From assembly GCA_963665655.1 (NCBI GenBank), contig OY762429.1, positions 112,492 to 176,491 of the forward strand: a stretch of 64,000 nt of DNA, read 5' to 3'. Numbering within the stretch: position 1 is the stretch's first letter; each line of letters opens with the position of its first letter. The notes beneath the pieces are model-generated. The model saw nothing but the letters and a program-made list of their open reading frames with translations. It ran no database searches and was not told the DNA's origin. A program made the translations under genes and the position numbers. This DNA is from Terriglobia bacterium (GTDB lineage: Bacteria > Acidobacteriota > Terriglobia > Versatilivoradales > Versatilivoraceae). This document shows positions 48,909 to 58,052 of the stretch, one piece after another.

Positions 48909-50885
48909 ATGGATGAAATAGACCTCGCAAACGTTCTTTTGCTTCTGGGATCCGCCGTCCTGGTCGTCACGGTATTCAGGCGGCTGGAGCTTCCGACGGC
49001 GCCCGGATACATCCTGGTGGGAATGCTCTTGGGGCCCGCTGCTTTTGGCTTGTTTTCCTCAACCGGCGAAACCAGTTTTCTGGCGGAGTTTGGGGTCGTC
49101 TTCCTGCTCTTTACGCTGGGACTTGAGTTCTCCTTGCCCCGAATGGTCGCCATGCGCTGGCAAATGATCGGCCTTGGAGGCGCCCAGGTTCTGGTGACCA
49201 CGTTACTTGCCGCAACGGTTGGCTCTTGGGCAGGCGTCCCGCTCCCCTCCGCGGTCATTCTGGGCGGAGCCGTGGCCATGTCTTCGACCGTGATCGTGAT
49301 CAAGCAGCTTCGCGAACAACTGGAGCTGGACCAGAGCCACGGCCGTTGCGCGGTGGCGACGCTCCTGTTTCAGGACATGGCGGTCATCGCCTTTCTCATG
49401 CTGATCTCCATGGCCGGCCAGGGGGATCGGCTGCTGCCCGTCCAGATTCTGTTGGCCCTGGCGGAAGCCGTGGCAGCTCTGGTCATTGTTCTGGCAGTGG
49501 GCCATCGGTTGCTGCGGCCTCTCTTGCACGAGGTCGCCCACAGGCGCAGCCCCGAACTCTTTACCTTGACCTTGCTGCTGATCGTATTGGGCGCGGCATG
49601 GTTCATGCATGCCGTCGGCATGTCGCTTGCCGTGGGTGGTTTCCTTGCCGGCCTGATGCTTTCGGAGACCGAATACCGGCACCAGGTTGAAGCCGACATC
49701 CGACCCTTTCGGGACGTCCTGCTGGGATTGTTTTTCATCGTCATCGGTACCCGGCTGGATTTTCTGGTGCTGGCCGACCAGATCGCCTCGGTGAGCTTGC
49801 TGGTGTTGGCTCTAGTAATTTGCAAAGGATTGATTATATGCATTTTAGCTCGTTTTTTCCTTGGCGGTTGGCATGCCTCGCTGCGCGCCGGGCTGGTTCT
49901 GGCCCAGGGAGGCGAATTCGGCATCGCGCTCCTGGCGCTGGCACTGCAGGAGAATGTGCTGGACCCGGCCGTCGCCCAGTTGCTGCTGGCGGGCATCGTC
50001 GTCAGCATGGTCCTGAGCTCCCTGCTGATTCGCCATAACCGGACCCTTTCGGGATGGCTGATTTCCGGAGAAGATCCCGAGGCACATCAGTTGGCGCTTC
50101 AACGAGTTGGCACCAAGGCCGTAGCCAAACGGAGGCACGCCATCATTTGCGGCTACGGCAGGGTGGGCCAGAACCTGGCCCGAATCCTCGAGCAGGAGGG
50201 TTTCGAATATATCGCCCTGGATCTGGATGCCTATCGTGTACGAACCGCCAGGCAGGCCGGTGATCCGGTCAACTTCGGGGATGCGTCTCAACGCGATGTC
50301 CTGGAAAGCGTCGGCCTCGCCAATGCCAGCGTGGTTGTCATCAGCTTCTCCGACAGCCTGGGCGCCCTCAAAGTCGTCAAGACGGCAAAGGAGCTGCGCG
50401 CGGACGTGCCCATCCTGGTTCGCACGCGCGACGACACGGAACTGAACAGCCTTCAGAATGCCGGCGCCACCGAAATCGTCCCGGACTCCCTGGAAGCCGC
50501 GCTCATGTTGGCGTCCCACCTGTTGCTTCTGCTGGACATGCCCATCTCTCGGATTGTGCACAAGGTCGCCAGAATCAGGGGCCAGCGCTACCGCATGCTC
50601 CGGAGCGTCTTTCCCAGGGAAGACGCCGAAGTGCTGGACGAGTCCCATGCATTCCGGGAGCAATTGCAGACGCTGACCCTTCCGGAAGGAGCTGCCGCGG
50701 TGGGTCGTTCCCTGGCCGAACTGCGCCTGCCCGATGCGGGAATCCTGGTCACCGCAATTCGCCGGCAAGGCATCGTCGGACGGCAACCGAACGCGGACAC
50801 GGTGTTGAAGCATGACGATGTTCTGGTGCTCTACGGGACTCCGGAATCCCTGGAACGGGCGGAAACCCTCCTGCTCAGCGGCTGA
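48909..50885 (+). CDS. CPA2-family cation:proton antiporter with TrkA-N/TrkA-C (RCK) domains (KefB/KefC-like)
   Basis: Na_H exchanger membrane domain, ICGYGRVGQNLARIL Rossmann (TrkA-N), and a C-terminal TrkA-C. Confidence 0.85.
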   Translation: MDEIDLANVLLLLGSAVLVVTVFRRLELPTAPGYILVGMLLGPAAFGLFSSTGETSFLAEFGVVFLLFTLGLEFSLPRMVAMRWQMIGLGGAQVLVTTLLAATVGSWAGVPLPSAVILGGAVAMSSTVIVIKQLREQLELDQSHGRCAVATLLFQDMAVIAFLMLISMAGQGDRLLPVQILLALAEAVAALVIVLAVGHRLLRPLLHEVAHRRSPELFTLTLLLIVLGAAWFMHAVGMSLAVGGFLAGLMLSETEYRHQVEADIRPFRDVLLGLFFIVIGTRLDFLVLADQIASVSLLVLALVICKGLIICILARFFLGGWHASLRAGLVLAQGGEFGIALLALALQENVLDPAVAQLLLAGIVVSMVLSSLLIRHNRTLSGWLISGEDPEAHQLALQRVGTKAVAKRRHAIICGYGRVGQNLARILEQEGFEYIALDLDAYRVRTARQAGDPVNFGDASQRDVLESVGLANASVVVISFSDSLGALKVVKTAKELRADVPILVRTRDDTELNSLQNAGATEIVPDSLEAALMLASHLLLLLDMPISRIVHKVARIRGQRYRMLRSVFPREDAEVLDESHAFREQLQTLTLPEGAAAVGRSLAELRLPDAGILVTAIRRQGIVGRQPNADTVLKHDDVLVLYGTPESLERAETLLLSG

Positions 50886-50955
50886 GATGCTTGACCCGCA
50901 TTTCTCGCCAGAATGTCATTCCCGATTGCGAATTTTGCAAAAGGCTCACAATAAA

Positions 50956-51105
50956 CATGGATGGACAGGATGCACAGGATAACCAGGACGGGACGCTGCT
51001 GCACGAGAAGCCGGCTCCGGCAATGATCGTGTGCGGACCTGCGGATGCTCAGGATTACAAGCTGGCCGTTTCAAGAAAAAATCCTGTGCATCCTGTGCAT
51101 CCATG
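50956..51105 (+). repeat. Family B palindromic MITE-like element, copy B2
   Basis: CATGGATGGACAGGATGCACAGGATAACCAGGACGGGACGCTGCTGCACGAGAAG...ATCCTGTGCATCCTGTGCATCCATG. Flanked on both sides by solo family-A TIRs (50918-50943, 51148-51166). Confidence 0.65.
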
Positions 51106-51204
51106 TGAATCAAAACCTGTTCCGAGCGTCCATAAAACCGTTGGCTTTGGAATTTTGCAAAAGGCTCACTGTGATAGCCTATTCAACCGATCGCTGTATG
51201 AGGG

Positions 51205-52113
51205 GTGGAAATGGAGACCAGAAGACTGGGCAAAACCGACATGGAGGTCAGTATCCTCGGTTTCGGGGGCGCCGAGATCGGCCTGGAGGGTCCGGGGGCT
51301 TCCTTGAATACGGTGACACGCCTGCTCAATGCCGCGTTGGACGAAGGATTGAACCTGATCGATACCGGCGAGTGCTACGGAGCCAGCGAGGAGCTGATCG
51401 GACGGGCCGTTTCGGGACGCCGCCGGGACTACTTCCTGTTCACCAAGTGCGGCCATCCGGAGGGAATGCCGGGAGAAGACTGGCGGCCGGATTCGCTGCT
51501 CGGCAGCATCCAGCGCAGCCTGCGGCGACTGCGGACCGACTGCCTGGACCTGATCCAACTGCACACGTGTTCAGAAGACGAACTGCTCAAGGGAACGGTC
51601 ATCGATACCTTGCAGCGTGCACGCGAGCGGGGCTATTGCCGCTACATCGGTTACAGCGGCGACAGCCGGGCGGCCTATTACGCGGTGCAATGCCAAGCCT
51701 TCGATTGCTTGCAGACTTCCATCAGCATTGCCGATCAGGAAGCGATGGATCTGGCCCTTCCCCTGGCCCTTGAACAGCACCTCGGCGTGATCGCCAAGCG
51801 GCCTCTGGCCAATGCTGCCTGGAGAACCGGTCGGAAGCCGGTGAATTCCTATCACCACACCTACTGGGATCGCCTCCAGCGGTTGGACTATCCCTTTATC
51901 AAGGATGAGCTGCAGACTTCGATTTCGACGGCGCTGCGCTTCACCTTGAGCGCCCCCGGCGTGCACACGGCCATCGTGGGTACGCTGACGCCCGGGAGGT
52001 GGAGGCAGAACGCCACCCTGCTCGAAGCCGGTCCCCTGCCCTCCCGTCAATTCGATGCCATCCGCCAGCGTTGGAGCGAAGTGGCGGAAGCAACCTGGAT
52101 CGGACAGACCTGA
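51205..52113 (+). CDS. Aldo/keto reductase
   Basis: LGFGGAEIG, DTGECYG and other AKR-family blocks. Confidence 0.85.
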   Translation: MEMETRRLGKTDMEVSILGFGGAEIGLEGPGASLNTVTRLLNAALDEGLNLIDTGECYGASEELIGRAVSGRRRDYFLFTKCGHPEGMPGEDWRPDSLLGSIQRSLRRLRTDCLDLIQLHTCSEDELLKGTVIDTLQRARERGYCRYIGYSGDSRAAYYAVQCQAFDCLQTSISIADQEAMDLALPLALEQHLGVIAKRPLANAAWRTGRKPVNSYHHTYWDRLQRLDYPFIKDELQTSISTALRFTLSAPGVHTAIVGTLTPGRWRQNATLLEAGPLPSRQFDAIRQRWSEVAEATWIGQT

Positions 52114-52128
52114 CTTCAAGGAGAGAGG

Positions 52129-52929
52129 ATGCGACTCAAGGATAAGGTAGCGGTAGTGACCGGAGCCTCCGGTGGCCTGGGAGCCGGCATCTGCGAGGCC
52201 TTTGCCGCCGAGGGTGCGGACTGCGTGGTGGTCTATCGCAGCGACCGGGCGGAAGCGGAGAAGACGGCGTCCAAGGTGACCGGCCTGGGGCGCCGGGCCG
52301 AAGTCGTGAGCACCGACGTCTCGGATGAAGCCCAGGTCACGCAGTTGTTCGCAGCCACCCACGACCTGTTCGGCCGTCTCGATATTCTGGTCGCCAACGC
52401 GGGGATCGGAGTTTCCAGACCCCTGCTCGATTCCACCCTCGAGGATTTCGAGCGGGTCATTCGGACCAATTTGATCGGCACCTACCTGACAGTCAGAGAA
52501 GGAGCCCGGCTGATGGCCGGGCGAGGAGGCGGCAAGATCGTGACCATGTCTTCCGTCCATGGACTCGGCGGCACCCACCAGGGATCACTCTATGAAGCCA
52601 CCAAGGCCGGCATCATCAACTTTACCCGGGGGGCTGCTTTCGATTTGTCCGAATGGAATATCCAGATCAATTGCATTGCTCCGGGAGCCGTCCCGGTTCC
52701 CAAGGATCCTCCACCAGCCGCAGACTCGGCGCTCTACAAGGCCTGGATGCAGTACACCCCGCTAGGCCGATTCGGAACGCCCCACGACGTAGCCCGGACG
52801 GCAGTGTTCCTGGCCAGTCCCGATACCGACTGGATCACCGGCCAGGTGATTTCGGTCGATGGCGGCATTACCGCCGGTCCGCTGATTCCCTCTTTCAACC
52901 ACTATGGCCCCAAGCCCAAAATGGATTGA
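52129..52929 (+). CDS. SDR-family oxidoreductase
   Basis: TGASGGLG Rossmann, NAG, catalytic YxxxK (YEATKAG). Confidence 0.85.
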   Translation: MRLKDKVAVVTGASGGLGAGICEAFAAEGADCVVVYRSDRAEAEKTASKVTGLGRRAEVVSTDVSDEAQVTQLFAATHDLFGRLDILVANAGIGVSRPLLDSTLEDFERVIRTNLIGTYLTVREGARLMAGRGGGKIVTMSSVHGLGGTHQGSLYEATKAGIINFTRGAAFDLSEWNIQINCIAPGAVPVPKDPPPAADSALYKAWMQYTPLGRFGTPHDVARTAVFLASPDTDWITGQVISVDGGITAGPLIPSFNHYGPKPKMD

Positions 52930-52934
52930 GCCCG

Positions 52935-54227
52935 ATGCGAAACTGGAAATCACTGGTTACCCTGGAGGACTGGTGGGCCGTCTGGATTGGACTGCTGGCG
53001 TTGGGGGCGGTGTTTCTGGGAGTGGTTTCGGCGGTTCCCAAAATTCCCAAGTGGTCGACACTCGGTGACGTCCCGGCCGCGGTACCGGGGGCGCCGTTGC
53101 TGCTCCTGATGATCGGGCTTGGAGGGTTGTCCGTCCTGGCGGTGGGCGCCATCCACAGGCAGGCCGGTCGTTTCGCGGTCGGATTCCCTGTCCTGTTCTG
53201 CCTGGCCGCGCTCAGCTTTCTCGTCGCCGGGAACCGAACCCTGGCCGCTTACGGCCTCAGCTACGCCCTGTGGGCGCTCCTGGTCGGACTGGCCTGGAGC
53301 AATCTGCTGGGAGTTCCCTCATGGCTGAAACCGGCGGTACGCTCGGAACTGTTCATCAAGACCGGCCTGGTGATTCTGGGCGCAGAGATCGTATTCGGCA
53401 ACATCCTCACCCTTGGCCGGTACGGGGTCATGGTGGCCTGGGGAGTGACTCCGATTATTCTGGTCTCCATGTTCTGGTTTGGTTACCGGCGACTGAAGCT
53501 GGCGCCGTCCTTCACCGTAACCATCGCCGCGGCTACGTCGGTCTGTGGGGTCTCCGCGGCCATTGCCGCGGCCGGCGCCAGCAAGGCCAAGAAGGAGGAA
53601 TTGACGCTGGCCGTGGCCATGACCTTGATCTTCACGGTGCTCATGATGGTCTTCATGCCCCTGGTCTCCCGCTGGTTGGACCTGGACAGGATTGTAGCCG
53701 GCGCCTGGCTGGGTGGGACCATCGACTCCACCGGCGCGGTGGTTGCCGCCGGACAGATGTTGGGAGATCAAGCCATGCAGACGGCCGCGGTGATCAAGAT
53801 GATTCAAAACGCTTCCATCGGCCTGGTAGCCCTCTTGATCGCCCTCTACTGGGTCACACGAGTGGAGCCGACCGAGGGCAGGCGTCCCCGAGCGATTGAG
53901 ATCTGGAATCGGTTCCCCAAATTCGTGATGGGTTTCATCGCGACCTCCTGCGTGGTATCGCTCGTGTTGGTCCCCCTGCTGGGAACCGAGTCGGTTGGCC
54001 AGTCCCTGCAGACCTCCAAGGCGATTCGCACCTGGTTGTTCTGCCTGGCGTTCCTTTGCATCGGACTTGAATCCGACTTTCGCGCGCTGGCGCGGCAGAT
54101 GGCCGGGGGACGACCGCTGCTGCTCTACTGGTCCGGTCAGACGCTGAACATTGCGCTTACCCTGCTGGCAGCTTGGCTGGTCTTCTCCGGGATCCTCTTC
54201 CCGAAAATCGTTCTTCAAACTCCCTAG
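52935..54227 (+). CDS. YeiH/UPF0324-family putative sulfate exporter (integral membrane)
   Basis: ~430 aa, ~10 TM helices, typical YeiH-like layout. ATG at 52935; ORF-track upstream extension rejected. Confidence 0.7.
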   Translation: MRNWKSLVTLEDWWAVWIGLLALGAVFLGVVSAVPKIPKWSTLGDVPAAVPGAPLLLLMIGLGGLSVLAVGAIHRQAGRFAVGFPVLFCLAALSFLVAGNRTLAAYGLSYALWALLVGLAWSNLLGVPSWLKPAVRSELFIKTGLVILGAEIVFGNILTLGRYGVMVAWGVTPIILVSMFWFGYRRLKLAPSFTVTIAAATSVCGVSAAIAAAGASKAKKEELTLAVAMTLIFTVLMMVFMPLVSRWLDLDRIVAGAWLGGTIDSTGAVVAAGQMLGDQAMQTAAVIKMIQNASIGLVALLIALYWVTRVEPTEGRRPRAIEIWNRFPKFVMGFIATSCVVSLVLVPLLGTESVGQSLQTSKAIRTWLFCLAFLCIGLESDFRALARQMAGGRPLLLYWSGQTLNIALTLLAAWLVFSGILFPKIVLQTP

Positions 54228-54640
54228 CCCGGCGCCGGCCGACCAAAGGAAGCGAAGGAATTCGGGGTTTCCCAGAGCCTGACTTCGGCAACCTGCAACC
54301 CCTGCGCATGCGCATAGTCATAGATGACCTTGGCGATGTTTTCGGCTGTGGGGTTGGCGTCCATCAGGTAACAGGGTTGCCGATGCTGGCGAAGCACGGC
54401 GACCAGGGGATCCTCCCGATGCAGGAGCATCTTGTGATCCAGTTCGGCGTCGATCCAGGTCTTGATCACCTTGTTGATATCGCCGAAATCCACGACCATG
54501 CCCCGGTGGTCCAAATGGTTGCTGACAACCTCCACTTCAACTCTGCCGTTGTGGCCGTGGAGATAACGGCATTTCCCCTCATAGTTGAGCAGGCGATGGC
54601 CGTAGCAAAAATCGATGTGCTTGGTGACTCGGTGTGAAAT
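54224..54640 (-). CDS. queD: 6-carboxy-5,6,7,8-tetrahydropterin synthase QueD (PTPS family); non-canonical ATT start or frameshifted
   Basis: KHIDFCYGHRLLNYEGKCRYLHGHNGRVEVEV...LDHRGMVVDFGD matches QueD blocks. The first in-frame ATG (54535) is mid-domain. Reading upstream in frame reaches ATT at 54638-54640, 4 nt after a GGGAGGAGGG SD. No ATG/GTG/TTG lies in frame. An ATG 80 nt further upstream is in another frame. Confidence 0.7.
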   Translation of the reverse strand: MSHRVTKHIDFCYGHRLLNYEGKCRYLHGHNGRVEVEVVSNHLDHRGMVVDFGDINKVIKTWIDAELDHKMLLHREDPLVAVLRQHRQPCYLMDANPTAENIAKVIYDYAHAQGLQVAEVRLWETPNSFASFGRPAPG

Positions 54641-54783
54641 AGACCCTCCTCCCTCGTTGAACCCGAACCGGCCGGGCCCCTGGAACGGCTGAAGTCCCCT
54701 GAGCCGATCATAGCAAATTTCTCTGGCCGCCGGCGCTCGGGATCATTCCCCTGCCAGGCAGGAGCAACCGGCGATTCAAAACG

Positions 54784-57378
54784 ATGGCGCACACTCCACT
54801 GCTGTTGCCGACGGCAGCATTCTGTCTCGGTCTTGCCGCTCATTCCCGGGTCGCCAACTCGGCGGAATCCCTATGGGCCGCCGGCGCTCTCACGCTGTGC
54901 CTCTCATGGATTCTCTGGAGCAGGAAAAGAGCCTGGAGTTGCTGGATCGTCGTGCTCCTGGCTTTTGGCTTGTCCGGAATGGGCTGGAAAGCCATCCACG
55001 AACTCCAGTTCGGCGGCAACCACCTTCGGACTTTGGTCCGATCCGACGCACTGGACCTGACGGCTCCCTGTCGGGTGAGGGGGCGGTGCGTCCGTGTCTC
55101 GGACGGAAAGTCCGGGGGTATCCACCTGGAAGTGGAAGTTCAACACCTGGCAAACCGGTTCGACAGCTTTGAGACCCGGGGAAAGATTCGCCTTCACCTC
55201 TTCCCCCCGGACGTTTCCTTCAACACCTGGCCACCCGCACAGGCCGGCGATCAGGTCGAGATCCTCGCCTACCTGCGAAGACCGGAGAATTTCAACAATC
55301 CGGGACAGTTCGACTATCGGTCCTACCTGGAGCTGCGCGGCATCTTTCTGACCGGCAACCTGAAGGATCCACTCCTGCTGACCCGTCGCCCGCGGCAAAC
55401 GGAATTCTCCTGGCAGGACCTTGCCCACCAAATGCGGCAAGGCTGTATTCGCGCACTGGATGCCCTCCCCGCATCCGAGCCGGCCAGGGCCGTTCTGAAA
55501 GCCGTACTGCTCGGAGATGACAGTGACCTTGCGGAGGAAACCAGGTCCCGTTTTCGATTGAACGGCCTCTATCACGTGCTGGTCGTCTCGGGACTGCATG
55601 TGGGAATGATGATTGCCATGGTCTTTGCCCTGCTCAAGCAAATGAGGCTTCCGCGCTGGTTGGCCCTGACCTTGACCATGGGGTCGATCGTCCTTTACAA
55701 CCTCCTGGCCGAGGGACAGGTCGCCATTGACCGGGCTTCGATCATGGGTTGCCTGTTTCTGACCAGTCTCTATTTCGACCGGGACCGCAACCTGCTCCAC
55801 TCCCTTTGCCTGGCGGCCTGGTGGGTCCTGCTCAAAGATCCCGGATGGTTGGACGACTCGGGGTTCCAACTCTCATTCTCGGCCGCCCTGGCGATCGCCG
55901 TGGTGGGACTTCCCCTGCTGCGCCGCACCACTCAACCCTGCAAGGAAGCTCTCCGGTCTTTGGAATCCATCCATCTGGATCGCAACTTTTCCCCTCGACT
56001 GGCCGCCTGGCGGGTCGCCTTGAGACTCCGCGGCTCGAGGCTGGCGGAGTCCTTGGGCATTCCGCGATCGACCGTCCTCCTCGGTCTGATGGTCTGGCCC
56101 TACAGGCTCCTCCTGGGACTTCTGGACATTGTCCTGGTTTCCGTTGCCATTCAGGCCGTGCTCCTGGTTCCCCTGATGGTCTATTTTCACCGGGTGGTGC
56201 TGCCGGTCATTTTCCTCAATATGCTGGTCATTCCCCTGGTCGGCATGATCATTCCGGTTGGATTTTCCTATCTGGCCTGGGCCAGTCTATTCCCGCAGGC
56301 CTCCTGGGCGCTCGGTTGGGTCTGCGGACTGCTGGCCGAATGCCTGCTGAGCCTCAACCGCACCTTTTCCGAAATCCCCTGGCTCGGATTTTCCCTGCCC
56401 CAGGTTCCCCTGGGCTGGGTGCTGGCCTATTACGGCTCCCTGGCCCTGTGGGTGGCCGTTGGAGTTCCCCGACTCCTGAGGCTGTTGGGCGGCTCCATCT
56501 GGATCGCTTCCCTGGCGGTCCTGCTGGCGGGGGCGCCGGGAGCCAAATCGGGATCGCGCGAGTTGGACCTGGCTTTTCTGGATGTGCGGCAGGGAGACTG
56601 CCTCCTGGTAAGCTGGCCGAACGACAGGCACCTTCTGGTCGACGCCGGTGGCAGTTGGTCCGGGACCGGCCACCGATCCGAAATCGGGGCGACGGCTTTT
56701 GATGTTGGAGAGCAGGTGGTTGCGCCCTATCTCTGGAGCCGGGGTGTCCGATCGTTGGAAGCGGTGGTCCTGACCCACGCTCACCAGGATCATATGGGGG
56801 GGCTGGACTTCATTCTGGACAACTTCGAGGTCAAGGAGTTCTGGCTCGGAGACAGCATTGTTGTGCCCGATTTGCGTGATCTGCTCCAGAAAGCGTCGGC
56901 CCGCGGCCTCGATATCAGAGTATTCCAGGCCGGGGACACCCTCAATCTTCATGGCTCCGGATTGGAATTCCTCAACCCCGGCTGCGGTCCTGCCGACGAA
57001 AATATCAACAACGACTCCCTTGTTCTGAGAATGACCTATGGCCGGCGGTCTTTTCTGTTGACCGGTGATATCGAGGAGCCTGCGGAGGAATGCCTCGCAG
57101 CGCTTGGACCCCGCCTCCAATCGGACGTCTTGAAGGTGGCCCACCACGGCAGCGGGACCTCGACCTCTTCACGCTTTTTGAATCAAGTGAATCCGGTGGT
57201 TGCCGTAATTTCGGCCGGCAAGGTCAACCCGTTTGGCCATCCTCACCCTGAAGTGGTCAGGCGTTTGCAGACCTTCCCCTTGCAGCTTCTCCGCACCGAC
57301 CGACAGGGGGCCGTCACCGTCAGCACCGACGGATACTACCTGCGCACGGCCACCTACCTGAAGGAGGCGGGACAGTAG
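54784..57378 (+). CDS. comEC: ComEC/Rec2 DNA-internalisation competence protein (DUF4131 + competence + metallo-beta-lactamase domains)
   Basis: Polytopic membrane region. C-terminal HAHQDH metallo-beta-lactamase motif (VVLTHAHQDHMGG). Confidence 0.85.
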   Translation: MAHTPLLLPTAAFCLGLAAHSRVANSAESLWAAGALTLCLSWILWSRKRAWSCWIVVLLAFGLSGMGWKAIHELQFGGNHLRTLVRSDALDLTAPCRVRGRCVRVSDGKSGGIHLEVEVQHLANRFDSFETRGKIRLHLFPPDVSFNTWPPAQAGDQVEILAYLRRPENFNNPGQFDYRSYLELRGIFLTGNLKDPLLLTRRPRQTEFSWQDLAHQMRQGCIRALDALPASEPARAVLKAVLLGDDSDLAEETRSRFRLNGLYHVLVVSGLHVGMMIAMVFALLKQMRLPRWLALTLTMGSIVLYNLLAEGQVAIDRASIMGCLFLTSLYFDRDRNLLHSLCLAAWWVLLKDPGWLDDSGFQLSFSAALAIAVVGLPLLRRTTQPCKEALRSLESIHLDRNFSPRLAAWRVALRLRGSRLAESLGIPRSTVLLGLMVWPYRLLLGLLDIVLVSVAIQAVLLVPLMVYFHRVVLPVIFLNMLVIPLVGMIIPVGFSYLAWASLFPQASWALGWVCGLLAECLLSLNRTFSEIPWLGFSLPQVPLGWVLAYYGSLALWVAVGVPRLLRLLGGSIWIASLAVLLAGAPGAKSGSRELDLAFLDVRQGDCLLVSWPNDRHLLVDAGGSWSGTGHRSEIGATAFDVGEQVVAPYLWSRGVRSLEAVVLTHAHQDHMGGLDFILDNFEVKEFWLGDSIVVPDLRDLLQKASARGLDIRVFQAGDTLNLHGSGLEFLNPGCGPADENINNDSLVLRMTYGRRSFLLTGDIEEPAEECLAALGPRLQSDVLKVAHHGSGTSTSSRFLNQVNPVVAVISAGKVNPFGHPHPEVVRRLQTFPLQLLRTDRQGAVTVSTDGYYLRTATYLKEAGQ

Positions 57379-57393
57379 AAAACTCTTTTGGGG

Positions 57394-57769
57394 GAGCCTT
57401 TTGCAAAATTCGGAATCGAGCATCTCCATAAAACAACAGAAGAGCGGACTTGCCTCGCGAGTCACCTCTCCCCCGGCTCCTCCTGGGAAGGCTGCCAGGT
57501 GAATGGGGTGAACGGCTCAACCACAAAAAGCACAAAAGGCACAAAATCAGGCCCCAGTCTTACCCAATCCCGTTTTTGTGCCTCTTGTGGCCGTTCGAAG
57601 GAGAACCGCGTTCTGGAAATCCTGATTCCTGAATGAGATTGGAGACCTGGCGATTCCAGCTATTGTGCCTCTTGTGGCCACTCAGGCACAGAGCGGCCCT
57701 GCCCCTGGAATTTCCTGTCCCCTCTCCCGATCCACTAAACCCTTGTCTGCGGAATTTTGCAAAAGGCTC
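57394..57769 (-). repeat. Family A MITE (copy A3, inverted relative to A1), TIR GAGCCTTTTGCAAAATTC
   Basis: ~90% identical to the reverse complement of 12493-12874, including the internal GGCCACAAAAGGCACAAAA boxes. Confidence 0.7.
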
Positions 57770-57956
57770 GGGGGATTGGTCCGAAACGTTTCCCGCCAGC
57801 CCGCATTTCTCACCAGGGGGCGTGATCATGGCGCGGGAATTTTCCCCTCAGCGCGTGCTCGGGAGCGAAGAGCGTCGCGGTCACTACGGTCGAGCGAGCA
57901 TGGATGGGCTGAGGGGAAAAGGACAAGCCAGGGCACGCCCAGCACGGTCTGTACGC

Positions 57957-58042
57957 TGAAGACTCCAAACAAAGCGCTGCAAGATGTTAAAGACAAACAC
58001 TTTTCTACCATAGGCTCAGCGGCCTGGTGAGAAATGCGGGCT
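57957..58042 (+). repeat. Family C repeat, copy C2
   Basis: CCAAACAAAGCGCTGCAAGATGTTAAAGACAAACACTTTTCTACCATAGGCTCAGCGGCCTGGTGAGAAATGCGGGCT. ~85% identical to 20888-20968. Confidence 0.55.
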
Positions 58043-58052
58043 GGCCTGTCCA

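Noticed and set aside
49800-49860. AT-rich island inside the kefB-like gene (TAGTAATTTGCAAAGGATTGATTATATGCATTTTAGC)
   Set aside because: It encodes an ordinary hydrophobic TM segment (LALVICKGLIICILARFFLGGW) in frame. This is a local composition blip, not an insertion.
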